A stretch of 64,000 nucleotides of DNA from Stegostoma tigrinum (lineage: Eukaryota). Positions 13,790-25,750 of this stretch are shown one piece after another. Both the position numbers and the translations under genes were made by a program. The stretch covers positions 39,428,191 through 39,492,190 of the forward strand of contig NC_081378.1 of the NCBI RefSeq assembly GCF_030684315.1, given 5' to 3'. The notes under the pieces are model-generated. The model saw only the letters and a list, made by a program, of their open reading frames with translations, ran no database searches and was not told where the DNA came from. Numbering within the stretch: position 1 is the stretch's first letter; every line of letters begins with the position of its first letter.

Positions 13790-14880
13790 TTGTAGTGAGG
13801 GTGATGTGCTGGTGGTGGCATCATACAGGAAGTGGCCGAAATAGTGCAGGATGATCCTTTGAATGTGGAGATTGGTAGAGTGGCAAGTGAGGACAATAGG
13901 AACACTTATACCACTCTGGAAGAGAGGGGCAGGATGAGACCAGAAATGTAGGAAATGGGTCAGATGCATTTGAGAGCCCTGTCAACAGTAGCCATAATGG
14001 TGATGGAGGGGTGGGATTTTTTAGAATCCTCAGTTGAGGAAAATGGAAAATGTCTCAGAAGCGTGGATGTGGAAAGTTGCATCTTCAGAATAAATACAGT
14101 AGGAATGGATAAGATGGAAGAATGGGATGGAGTTCTTACAGAAGGTAGCCTATAAGTAATGTAGTTGAGGCCACAATGGGAATCAGTGGTTTGATAATAA
14201 ACATTATTAACAACCAGCTTATCCCTAGAAACAGAGTCAGTGCAATTGAGAAAGGGAAAGGAACGTTCATAAATGGGCTATATGAAGCTGAGAAAAGGGT
14301 AGAAACTAGAGGCAAAGCCGTTAGAAGTTTTCTAGTTGATGGTAGAAGAGGGAAAGACTTCCAGAACAATCATTAATGTACTGGAAAAGAGTGAGTGGGT
14401 TGGGGGGTTGCAGTTCAAGGGGAAGCTGAGTGCACAGAACAAGGAATGGTCCATATACCCTGCAAAACTTGGACTCATGAGGGTGCTGGTAGCAACTCCT
14501 TTCATTTGGAAGAAGTGGAACGGATAAAAGGAGAAATTGTTTGAAGAATAAGCAAGTTCAGCCAAGCATGGGAGGGTGCTGGTGCTGGATAGATTGACCT
14601 GGCCTATTTTCATTGAAGAAGTGGGCAGCCATCAGACTGCCCTGGTGAGGGCTTGAAGGTGTAGTGAAGAGGAGCCGGTTAGGGCCAGGAAACTGGAAAT
14701 TTTTAAAATGTCTGAGTGCATTAAAACAGTCATGGATTAAAGATGGGAAGAGACTGGACAAGGGGAGAAAATATTAAGTCAAAATGGGACAAAATAAGTT
14801 GGATGGAGCAGAAACAGATTGGAGATCATGGGTCTGTCGTGATGCTTATAGATTTTGGGAAAGAGGAGAAATGGGCTGTT
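13790..14880 (-). mobile_element. Old PLE reverse-transcriptase fragment
   Basis: ORF 14332-14613 LAELAYSSNNFSF...MKGVATSTLMSPSFA resembles the PLE RT motif LNNFSF...GVAMGTRMGPSYA; many stops and frameshifts. Confidence 0.75.
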
Positions 14881-15584
14881 TGTAATTAGAGCATTAGCTG
14901 TTGATTGATTGACTTAGATCTTATTAATCTGAGTATAAAGTACACAGTTGCTGTTTTGTAGCTTGGCTGAAATTTGTTATTGGATGCTGGTTTTAAAGCC
15001 TGGAAGGTTTAGCAGTGGGGAGTGCTTGGCAGACTTGACATTTGCTGGATGTGTTTTTTTCTCTTGTTGCTTTGCTGTAGGCAGCTGCCAATTCCAGATC
15101 ATTTCCTAATGCTAGCAGATGTTATGTGCTTCTGGCAAGACAAGGAAACTTCAATAATTCATAAGGTCGGCTTTACAGTTTCAATGTTAGTCTCCATGGT
15201 GTTGATCTCAAATTCTTTGCTATGTCAGAAGCATCTTTCTACAACCTTAATTTTAGCATTTTTTTAATATTGCATGACATTTTCTTAATAACTTAACGTA
15301 ATTTGTTAATGAATTTGCAGCCAGTAATGTTGATTTTCAATGGATGGAACTGAGGCACTGGGTACTGCAATGGGCTCGACACTAACCTGTCACTTTTCAT
15401 TGCAGTGAAGTGATTTTAAATTCTTGTGGCAGATATTAAGTAGTCAGTAATGGCCTGAAAATAAGGTCAGTAGTCTTCTTGCTTTGTTTTCCCCAAAAGC
15501 TGAGGCACTATTAAAATAAAGGCCTCCTGCTGGGTATCCAGATCATTTGCCTCTTTCAACTAGTTGAGAAGTGAGGTTCCTAGG

Positions 15585-15712
15585 NNNNNNNNNNNNNNNN
15601 NNNNNNNNNNNNNNNNNNNNNNNNNNNNNNNNNNNNNNNNNNNNNNNNNNNNNNNNNNNNNNNNNNNNNNNNNNNNNNNNNNNNNNNNNNNNNNNNNNNN
15701 NNNNNNNNNNNN
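15585..15712. other. Assembly gap (128 N)
   Basis: Run of n characters. Confidence 1.
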
Positions 15713-16404
15713 AGCATGAAACTGGTTCTGCTACACCTGACCTAAACATGTGGAATGTTAATGTTAAATGCTTGTAATTGGAAGAAGTCCTTTTCATAGC
15801 TTACTCTCCTTAGTGGGCAAGGATATAGGGAACAGGCCGGAGATTGTTCCTAAGTAATAGTGTTGGCACAGGCAGGAAGGATTCAGCTGTAACAATTCTG
15901 TGATTCTTAATCTTCAAATGCACAAAAGAAGAACATTTCAGATTTCATTACTATTAGAGTCGTGTAAATATGAACACTGCTCTAAGTTCACTGGGTCAAT
16001 TACATTAGAAAATTAAAAGGTTTGTACATTTTTTAAAACCTAGACATGCCATAGATATATTCGTACAGTATACGTGCATTTTTAAATTTGTGTTCTGTTA
16101 AGTTTCTAGTGTTATTTTTAAAAGGACATTCGGGCACATGACCTGGAGAGATTTCTTCAATTGTTCAGTTTTCATCCACCTGGGAGTAACTGCAAGACTA
16201 AACCTGGAATTCTCAGGGCAGCCAGATGGGTGTACACTGGATAAGCATTCCCGATCACAGGAGAAATTCTAGGATTGAAGATGGTTGGATATTTTAAACA
16301 GCTTTCTGCTACTGTCAAAGTGGGTCAAACCCACTCCTAGGGTTCTAAAACTCAGGTCAGGCACTTAGTACTGTCCATGTGAACACACAATGAGCACTTC
16401 ATTA

Positions 16405-16702
16405 ATGGAATTCCTACCATGTAGAAAGAGGCTATTGAACCTGATGAGGCCGGACTGCACCACCGAAGTGAGTCCCATCCAGACCCCTCACCCTGCCCTA
16501 TACCCATAACCCAATATCTAGCATGGCCAATCCACCTAACCCACACACCTTTGGACTGTGGGAGGAAACTGAAGTTTATGGAGGAAACGCAGGCAGACAG
16601 AGGGACAATGTACAAACTCCACACAAATAATCTCCCAAGGCGTGAATCAAACCTGAATCCTTGGCACTGTGAGGCAACATTGCTAACTGCTGTGCCACTA
16701 TG
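16405..16702 (-). mobile_element. HE1-like V-SINE
   Basis: Reverse complement of the element at 10803-11120. Confidence 0.85.
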
Positions 16703-16958
16703 TCCCCCCTTGGCAATCACCAAAGGAGTAGATGTGAGGCCGGCATGCATTCTTCAACCTACTGATAAGTTCCTCTTCAACAACACTATATTCTGCCCTT
16801 CACTTCAGACTTTCTTGCAAGCTATTTGGGTCTGCTGTGTAAGTGCAAGATCTCTATAGAAATTCAAACCAATTCAAGTTTTAAGTTTATTGCCATTTCA
16901 GTGGCAGTTATTTACCTGTGATTACATTGGGTTTGAAGAACAACTTGCAGTTTTTGAA

Positions 16959-17105
16959 GATAATAAAATGTGAGGCTGGATGAACACAGCAGGCCAAGCA
17001 GCATCTCAGGAGCTCCTGAGATGCTGCTTGGCCTGCTGTGTTCATCCAGCCTCACATTTTATTATCTTGGAATTCTCCAGCATCTGCAGTTCCCATTATC
17101 TCTGA
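16959..17105. mobile_element. Fold-back mini-PLE (family A termini) with 13-bp TSD
   Basis: Perfect palindrome 16957-17068; tgcagtttttgaa at 16946-16958 and 17106-17118. Confidence 0.9.
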
Positions 17106-17659
17106 TGCAGTTTTTGAACATGTTTTAATATGGAGAATAATGGGTGTCTTTCTGGACCTCTCCCCTGCTCTTTGCCAACTTTCGTTAGTTGCTCAGGTAT
17201 GACTGCTTCAATCAGTAGTTAAAATCATGGCTGGTTTCTAATTGTATAATTTAAATATTAATCAAATCCCTGAAAAGGTGTGCCAGCAAATAAATGGACA
17301 TTGAATCAATAATGAAAGGAATAGTCAGAGATGATCAAGCGCTTGATCAAAGGGAGATATTTTAAGACAGGTCAAAGCGATTAAAATATATGCTAGTGTC
17401 ACTTGATTGTCATATTAATTGAAAATCCCATTAAAAACATGACAGGCCACAGTCATCAGTTGTAACATATGTACAGGCACAATAATAACTGAAAAGTCTA
17501 TTGGAAATTTTGACAGTTCTTAAGTTTAACTCTGATATATCAGCTTTGATCATCTAGATTGGTGTTTAGTTGGATCTTTGTCCATGCACTAGTTTTGGTT
17601 GATATTGAAAGTGCCATTTTTGCATCAAAGACATTCTCGCCTGGACTTTTATTCTATAA

Positions 17660-18185
17660 GACCATAACACATAGAAGTGGATGTAGGCCATTCAGTTCAA
17701 AGAGTCTGTTCCCCCATTCAATAAGGTCATGGCCGATCTGATAATCCTTAACTCCTTATTCCTGCCTTTTTCCATAAGGCTTGGTCCCTTCACTGTTTAA
17801 GAATCTATCTTAGCTTTGAATAGACTTAATGACTCAGTCTTGGTAGCCCTTTGTAATAAAGACTTCCACAGATTCACTCTCCTCCGAGAGAAGAAATTCC
17901 TCATCATTTCTGTTTTAAGTGTGCAGCCCTTTGTTCTGAGATTATACCCTGTGGGCCAAGACTCTCCCACAAGGGGAAACAGCCTTTCTGCATCAAACAT
18001 GTCAAGTCCCTTAATAATGCTGTGCTTTTCAATATGTCACCTCTCATTTTTCTAAATTCCAATGGGTATAGGCCCATCCCAACGAATCTCTCATTAGGCA
18101 GCCTTTCCATACCCAGTATTAGTTTAGCTATCTGTCTCTACAATGCTAGTATAACTTTCCTTAGAAAAGGACCTTCAAAAGTCCC
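17660..18185 (-). mobile_element. CR1 LINE 3' fragment
   Basis: ORFs contain GLYPLEFRKMRGD and RNFFSRRRVNLWKSL. Confidence 0.9.
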
Positions 18186-18472
18186 CAGTGTGTTATTTTA
18201 GAGATCTTCCTAATCAACCTGTTCAGAATTGTTATTACAGACCTCTAGAGCTGCTGGGAATTGAAGCTGTGCCTTCTGGTCCAGAGGTAGGGACGTTACC
18301 ATGGTGTCATAGGAGCTCATGTTATTTTATACAGTATCCATTAAAGCTATATGATAACTTCTCTGAGTGAGTTACCAGTTACCAGCTAAAAGGTGCCCAG
18401 TGCAGCTGCATTGATAGCGCTGAGATTTTATTGCTGACTTATCATTCTCCTAGACCCACATGGTTTGTTTTT

Positions 18473-19420
18473 GGGAAACAGTGGTGTCGTGGTACAGATG
18501 CTGGACTAATAATCTAGAGACCCAGGCTGATATTCTGGGAATATGGGTTTGGATCCCACTACAGCAGATAGTGAATTTTTAATTAACTTAATAAATCTGG
18601 AACCAACAGTTTGTCTGATAGTGATGAAATTATTATCAATTAACGTAAAAACACAACTGGTACTCTGATGCCATTTTGGGAAGGAAAATTTGCCACCTAC
18701 AATCAGTTTGGCCTAAATGTCACTCCAGTCCCACAAAACAGCCTAGAAAGCCACTCCATAGTATCTAACCATTGCAAAATGTCAACAGGAATCAAAGTGG
18801 ATAGGCCATTGGGCATCTACCAAGGCAAAAGAATTGACATTGGTATATACAGCCCTGCCAAACGTGCATAATCATATTCACTAACATCAGGCTGTTTTGC
18901 TGTTCCTCAGACAATTCAAAGCCTGACATGGTCATACTTTTAGAATTGTACTGAACTGACAATGTCCCAGACACTCACCATCACCTTGCCTGTGTAAGTT
19001 CTGTCCCGCTGCAGACAGGCACACCAGAGGTGGCAGCACAGTGTATACAGTCAGAATGAGGCCTGGGTTCAAACGCAACTTATTCCAGAGATGTGTATTA
19101 ATATCTCTGACCTGACTGATTACAGAAGTTTCTGCCATCAGGAAGAAGTTGTCCTGAGAGCCATCAACATTGACTCATAGCATCAGCTAAAACATGGGCA
19201 AGAGCCTCCTGTTGATGACCACGTACTGGCTCCACCCAGCCTGTTGATGAGTCACTTCTCCTCAATGTTGAGCAATAGTTGGAAGAATCATTGAGGGTAA
19301 CAAAGGTGCAGAATGTACTCTGGATGGGGGTTTCAAAGTCCAACACCACTACTGACTGAGCTAGTCGATTCTTAGATGATGTATCTACTAGACTGATGCT
19401 GCACCACATGCTGAGTGAAT
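18473..19420 (+). mobile_element. 5' part of a LINE: tRNA-like head followed by a decayed APE endonuclease
   Basis: The head is homologous to the SINE at 34568. Downstream motifs PDMVILLE, RGGSTV and VLWMG.F resemble APE PDIVILTE/RGGG/GDFN. Confidence 0.65.
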
Positions 19421-19591
19421 ACATGAGCAAAAAGTGCACTTGGCCTAGCATTTTCCAATCTAACTGTTGTAGATGCCTCTGTCCATGGCAGTGCCAGTAG
19501 GAGTGGACCTTGCAAAACCAGAGTCAGTGGGAATCCGGGAAAACACCCAACTGGTTAGAGTCATTCTGGCATAGAGATGATCATTTTGGTT

Positions 19592-20640
19592 GTTAAAATG
19601 GTTCGCAACTGGGAGGTGCAGTTGTTTGTTGCAAACCGAGCGGAGGTGTTCTGCAAAGCGGTCCCCAAGCCTCCGCTTGGTTTCCCCAGTGTAGAGGAAG
19701 CCACACTGGGTATAATGGATACAGCATACCACATTGGCAGATGTGCAGGTGAACCTCTGCTTAATGTGGAAAGTCATCTTGGGGCCTGGGATGGGGGTGA
19801 GGGAGGAGGTGTGGGGGCAAGTGTAGAACTTCCTGCGGTTGCAGGGGAAGGTGCCGGGTGTGGTGGGGTTGGAGGGCAGTGTGGAGCGAACAAGGGAGTC
19901 ACGGAGAGAGTGGTCTCTCCGGAAAGCAGACAAGGGTGGGGATGGAAAAATGTCTTGGGTGGTGGGGTCAGAGGAACACCTCTGCTCAGTTCGCAATAAA
20001 CAACTGCACCTCCCAGTCATGAACCATTTTAACTCCCCCTCCCATTCTTCAGACGACATGTCCATCATGGGCCTCCTGCAGTGCCACAAGGATGCCACCC
20101 GAAGGTTGCAGGAATAGCAACTCATATTCCGCTTGGGAACCCTGCAGCCCAATGGTATCAATGTGGACTTCACCAGCTTCAAAATCTCCCCTTCCCCCAC
20201 CATATCCCAAAACCAGCGCAGTTCGTCCCCTCCCCAAACTGCATCACACGACCAGCCCAGCTCATCCCCTCCCCCCACTGCAACCCAAAACCTGCCCAGC
20301 CTGTCTCTGCCTCCCTAACCTGTTCTTCCTCTCACCCATCCCTTCCTCCCACCTCCAGCCGCACCTCCATTTCCTACCTACTAACCTCATCCCACCTCCT
20401 TGACCTGTCCGTCTTCCCTGGACTGACCTATCCCCTCCCTACCTCCCCACCTATACTCTTCCTTCGACCTATCTTCTTTTCTCTCCATCTTCGGTCCGCC
20501 TCTTCCTCTCTCCCTATTTATTCCAGAACCATCTCCCCATCTCCCTCTCTGATGAAGGGTCTAGGCCCGAAATGTCAGCTTTTGTGCTCCTGAGATGCTG
20601 CTTGGCCTGCTGTGTTCATCCAGCTCCACACTTTGTTATC
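19592..20640. mobile_element. Young PLE (family A) with inverted 5' segment, GIY-YIG endonuclease fragments and 3' hammerhead motif
   Basis: Minus 19592-19970 encodes TFPCNRRKFYTC...FLYTGETKRRLGDRFAEH. Plus 19974-20640 encodes EHLCSVRNKQLHLPV...GTLQPNGIN, then a CT-rich tract and CTGATGA...GAAA at 20549-20572. Confidence 0.9.
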
Positions 20641-21575
20641 CAATGTAGTAGGTATGTTTCTGATCAGTGGAGGTTTTTCCCAGATTTTGTTTAACATTGT
20701 TCTGCAGCTGCGGAGTGATAGATTCACTATGTAAATGTGGAATAGTTTTTGAATGCACTAAACTAAATAATTCATTGGATAAAGGGATATAGTGTATTTT
20801 GCACTGTTGAAGACGTTATCCAACCTGTGATCAACAAATAACTGTTCAAGATTCTCTTATTCTTTTTATTCAGTACAGTTCTAGTTAGTCATCTGCCTGG
20901 CTGTTAGTAAAGTTTGACAACTGCTGTTACAAAGCATTATATTTTTCTGGGAGTACTGAATCTGTACATTGGGTTGCCTGCGAATGAGAGTTTATGGTTT
21001 TGACAGATTTATGAGTTTCTCTGAGGCTATTTTTGTCTATATTAAGAGTTATATCAAATACAGTTTTTGATGGCTTCCAAGTGCCATGAAATTCAGGAAA
21101 AGGAAAAATGTGTAGTCAGTCATTTGAGATTGAGATGAAGGGAAACGTTTTTAATTTAGAGTTTTATAGGTCTTTGGAATTCTCTTAGAATACTAAAGAA
21201 TATGTGAGATTTCGAACGGGAATGATAAGTAGGAAATCAGCCATGGGTGCCTTGAAAGACCAAAATACCCATTTTGGTTTACTGTTTTTAGCCTCATACA
21301 GTTTGATACTCTCATTTTTTTTCTGTGTGTTGGTGTCAAGTATAAAGTTATTTAATATTTATTTCATGTGGTTCACAGATATTCAGCCACTATGGGATAT
21401 TTTTACGTCAAAGGTGCTTTATAGATGTAAAAGGATATTGTTGCAGACTTTCTAGTCTAAGCATGTACATAAGCACTGCCATCACTTTTAAAGCATTGTA
21501 CATTCAAATCGTACTAAAATTTCAAATAACTCTTCCTTTGTTGCAATTTGTCATTCTTTCTTGTTCTTTTTAAAG

Positions 21576-21633
21576 GCTGCTTGTTTTCCAATGTCGATAA
21601 TTATTGTTGGGGTTGGACCTGCAGAATTTGATG
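21576..21633 (+). CDS. CPNE8: Copine-8 coding exon (AACFPMSIIIVGVGPAEFD)
   Basis: Acceptor ttctttttaaag|GCT and donor G|gtaaga; 58 bp, phase 0 to 1; contains the PMSIIIVGVG copine motif. Confidence 0.95.
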
Positions 21634-22215
21634 GTAAGAAATAAAAATTGTTGAACTTCAATTAAGGCAGAATAATGCTTAATAGTGTAATTTCATTTTG
21701 TGTACAGGAACACAAACACAAAGGTTCTGAATGCACGACAAAATAATTTTCAATCGAAATGAATGGGAAGCTGCAAGGGATTAACACATCCTAAACTTTA
21801 GGCTGTATGATATATTGGATGCTGATGATAAATGTACGAGGACAACTTCATGGTTTGTTGAAAGATAAGATGGAAAATGAGCAAACAATGTGACTGGAAT
21901 AAATTCCTCTTTCAAATATGTTGTGGGCTTAAGAAAGTGCATGGATGAATAAACCCAATCTCAAAAAAAAATCAGACTTGTACACCAATCATGGCTATTT
22001 AGAATTAGTCTTTTATTTTCTGCTTCTATCTGTTATTCATGGTGCAAGCTCAAAGCATTGAACTACTTTTTGTGACAATTTTCTTTGTTAGTATCATGCT
22101 TTCATTACAATGAGTGGACATGAGTTTGGATTGTTTGGTTCATAGCACTATCGTGGTGAATAAAATTTAACAGGATGTGAGTATATATCCGTTTGCCTGT
22201 ATTTTAAGCATTGAG

Positions 22216-22228
22216 ACACACACACACA

Positions 22229-22287
<59 letters not shown>
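22216..22287. repeat. (CA)n microsatellite, ~36 units, one interruption
   Basis: Read directly. Confidence 0.99.
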
Positions 22288-22289
<2 letters not shown>

Positions 22290-22511
22290 TAAAATAGAGG
22301 CAGGTGGAGTTTTCTTTCATTTTTGTGTGAGTAATTTCTTTTTCAGAGGTCACATAGTAACTTGGACAATTGGCCTAATATTGACATTTCAAAGAAAGCG
22401 TTTAACTTAGCAAGTGCTTAGCTAAAAATCTGGTGTTAATTGATATAGTGTTTACATGGTGATAATGTGATAAGGGTATAACATGCAGAGAAACAAATGA
22501 CTATGGGATGA

Positions 22512-22610
22512 TTTTTCTGATGAAGGGCCTCGGCCCGAAACGTCAGCTTTTGTGCTCCTAAGATGCCCCTTGGTCTGCTGTGTTCATCCAGCTCCACACT
22601 TTGTTATTTT
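22512..22610 (+). mobile_element. Solo PLE family A terminus with intact hammerhead core
   Basis: CTGATGA A GGGC ctcg GCCC GAAA CGTC at 22517-22544, followed by the family A tail. Confidence 0.85.
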
Positions 22611-23227
22611 GGGATACTGATGGATTAGTTTCAGCTCAGTTCAGAAGCGTAAGGTTTCAGCTTCATGATAGCAGCATAGTTTCATCTGAGCAGGAAAATA
22701 AGTTTTCAGCCCAGAAGAGAAGTTTCATCCTAGCAGCAATGCAATTTGTTAGATTTTTATAATCTCTAGGATGTAAAAGGTGTACGTTATCTCAGCTGTC
22801 AGAACTGAAAAGCAATCCATTCCATGCAAACTGGAATGATGCCTTAAAATTATTTCATCAGTCCGAGAAGGAAAGAAGAAAGAATCAATAAAGTACAAAA
22901 TTAAAGCGTTTAAATAGGAATCATTATATTCTGGGATTGAGTAATTCAAAAGGATGTAGCTGGGGGGAGAAAGGTCGAGTCAGTGTTATTGCTGTTTATG
23001 TTAAGATCTTTTCAAATTGAATTACACACTAGATCGTTTCTTTTTTCGCTCTTGTGGAATAAACTTGTTTTTGCATATTAAGAGAACAATGGCTGCCTCA
23101 TGGTAAACATATTCAGTGACTAATTACCTCAATAAACTACTGTGAAAGTTATACATATAATCTGTCAAACCGTGTTTAATTCTGGGATATAACTTGTTGA
23201 GACTTTTCATCAACTGGTATCATAACA
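22602..23227 (+). mobile_element. Possible solo LTR
   Basis: TGTTAT...CATAACA inverted ends and an internal AATAAA (~23058). The left end overlaps the PLE tail. Confidence 0.35.
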
Positions 23228-23271
23228 AAACCCCTGCCCACGAAATAGTGTGTGGAATCTGCAGCACTTAA

Positions 23272-24175
23272 AAGACCATAAGACTGTAAGACATAGGAGT
23301 GGAAGTAAGGCCATTCGGCCCATCAAGTCCACTCCACCATTTAAATCATGGCTGATGGGCATTTCAACCCCACTTCTCTGCACTCTCCCCAGAGCCCTTA
23401 ATTCCTTTTGAGATCAAGAATTTGACAATCTCTGCCTTGAAGGCATCTAACGTCCCGGCCTCCACTGCACTCCGTGGCAATGAATTTCACAAGCCCACCA
23501 CTCTCTGGCTGAAGAAATTACGTCTCATTTCAGTTTTAAATTTACCTCCTCTAATTTTAAGGCTGTGCCCACGGGTCCTAGTCTCCCCGCCTAACGGAAA
23601 CAACTTCCTAGCGTCCACCCCTTCGAAACCATACTTTATCTTGTAAGTTTCTATTAGATCTCCCCTCAACCTTCTAAACTCTAATGAGTACAATCCCAGG
23701 ATCATTAGCCGTTCATCATATGTTAAACCTACCGTTCCTGAGATCATCCGTGTGAATCTCTGCTGGACACGCTCCAGGGCTAGTATGTCCTTCCTGAGGT
23801 GTGGGGCCCAAAATTGGACACAGTATTCTAAATGGGGCCTAACTAGAGCTTTATAAAGCCTCAGAAGCACATCGCTGCTTTTATATTCCAACCCTCTTGA
23901 GATAAACTACAACATTACATTCGCTTTCTTAATTACGGACTCTACCTGCAAGTTAACCTTTGGAGAATCCTGGACCAACACACCCAGATCCCTTTGCACT
24001 TCTGATTTGCGAATTTTCTCACTGTTTAGAAAATAGTCCATGCCTGTATTCTTTTTTCCAAAGTACAAAACCTCACATTGAATTTCATCAGCCATTTCCT
24101 GGACCACTCTCCTAAACTGTCTAAATCTTTCTGCAGCTTCCCCACCTCCTCAGTATTACCTGCCTGTCCACCAAA
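23272..24175 (-). mobile_element. CR1 LINE 3' fragment (ORF2 C-terminus)
   Basis: ORF 23487-23891 contains LYKALVRPHLEYCVQFWAP...LEFRRLRGDLIETYK...TRGHSLK. Confidence 0.95.
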
Positions 24176-24234
24176 GGTTTTGGGGTTGTCATGAGTATTA
24201 ACTAAGAGTGTCACGATACCTTTACTTAGATGAT

Positions 24235-24457
24235 AGCAAGAACTGCAGTTGCTGGAAGTCAGAGTTGATACAATGTGGAGCTGGAGGAAAACGGCAGGTC
24301 AGGCAGCATCAGAGGAGCAGGAAAGTCAATGTATCAGGTCAAGACCCTTCATCAGGACTGGATGAAGGGCCCTCGTTCAAAACTTCAACTTTCCTGCTCT
24401 TCTGATGCTGCCTGACATGTTGTGTTCCTCCAACTCTGCACTGAATTGACTCTTTTT
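24235..24457. mobile_element. Fold-back mini-PLE, older, with 14-bp TSD
   Basis: Inverted arms meet at cccttcatcaggactggatgaaggg; tttacttagatgat at 24221-24234 vs tttatttagatgat at 24458-24471. Confidence 0.8.
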
Positions 24458-25489
24458 TTTATTTAGATGATGCTTCCTCTAAGAGCTGAGAGAGCCGACC
24501 TCTTAGCAGATGGCACTTCACTCTCTGTCTCTGACTTTTATCCCCTGGATGACGTTTCAATTTCTTACAATAGGATTGGTCCAACGTTGTCAAAACCATC
24601 CGATTAAAATTTAGTTGGTTTTTAGTCCCGAAGTGCCTGGTTTAAGTTAATTAGCTAAATTCAAAATTGTTGTCTTGATAACAAACAGAACTTCAGCTTA
24701 GCCAGCTAACCATCCAATCTTTTGATAAAAATGTTGCAATTCAGGTGTTCTGTGCACCTGTAAACCCACAAGATTCCCACGGACTTTTAATCTCCAAGCC
24801 TAGAAAAAGCCTATCACCTTTTGAAGGGACAGGACACTGATTTTTAACAATATTCGAACACCAAATTCAAATGTCCTGCCTTCCAATCCACAAGTGCTTT
24901 CCCCAACTTCGCAATAGGATCCAGACTATTTCCTGGTCCTGACCTAGTGCTGGTCAGTAATGCACCCTTTTGGGAACTTTTCTGGGAAGTGACCAATTAT
25001 CAGATGACTCCATGTTTGTCATCTCATCAAAGTCAGTATCTGGAACACAGAGGTGGGCCATCCCAGTTAAGGGCCCCAGGAAACGTTTGCCTGTGGGCCC
25101 CACCTGGAAAATTGAACACTGCTGAAGAAGAGGAGAGTTAGGGAGCGCTTCTAAATGAAGGAACTCACAAAAACCTTCAAAGTCCCTTTTATCTCTCAGT
25201 AGGAGGCTGTCACTGAATTATTGCCAATCCCCTAATCTAACGAGAGCCCACCTGACACCGGGAAACTGTTGATAGCCTTCCCAAATTGCAGTGAGTTTCT
25301 AATTGTAGTAGTCACCCACCAAGAAACTTACCTGGAGAGAGATCCGTATTTTGAGTGCTATCCCAATGGAGTTTTCAACCATATTCCACAACAACCACCC
25401 CCCCCCCCCCACCCCAACCACCATGTGCCTCTGGACCAGCTTGTACAAGGAACATTCTGCCCAATATCCCAAATATTCAGATTAAGTAG

Positions 25490-25750
25490 GAACATATGCA
25501 AGGACATGTACCCTTAAAAGCTGCTCTACCACACCTTTAGGTCATGGCTGAATTTATGTATCAGTTTTGCTTTTTCACTTTGTCTCAATATCTCTTGGCT
25601 TTTAAGTGCTCAAGTATCTATCAGTCTTTTTCCTGTCTATTCTCAATAATTGAGCCTTTGTAGATGAAGAATACCAGTGATTCAAAACCCTCTGAGTTTC
25701 CCCATCTTTCAATCTGCAGGAAAGAAACTTTTATCCTGAGATAATGAGTT
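25490..25750 (-). mobile_element. Decayed CR1 3' UTR fragment
   Basis: Weak similarity to the CR1 tails at 17660 and 42075. Confidence 0.45.

Noticed and set aside
15543-15797. ORFs containing X runs
   Set aside because: Artefacts of the N gap.
19460-20278. Longest ORF in the track (272 aa)
   Set aside because: Chimeric read-through of the inverted PLE arms, not a gene.
22177-22410. His-Thr repeat ORF
   Set aside because: Translation of the (CA)n microsatellite.
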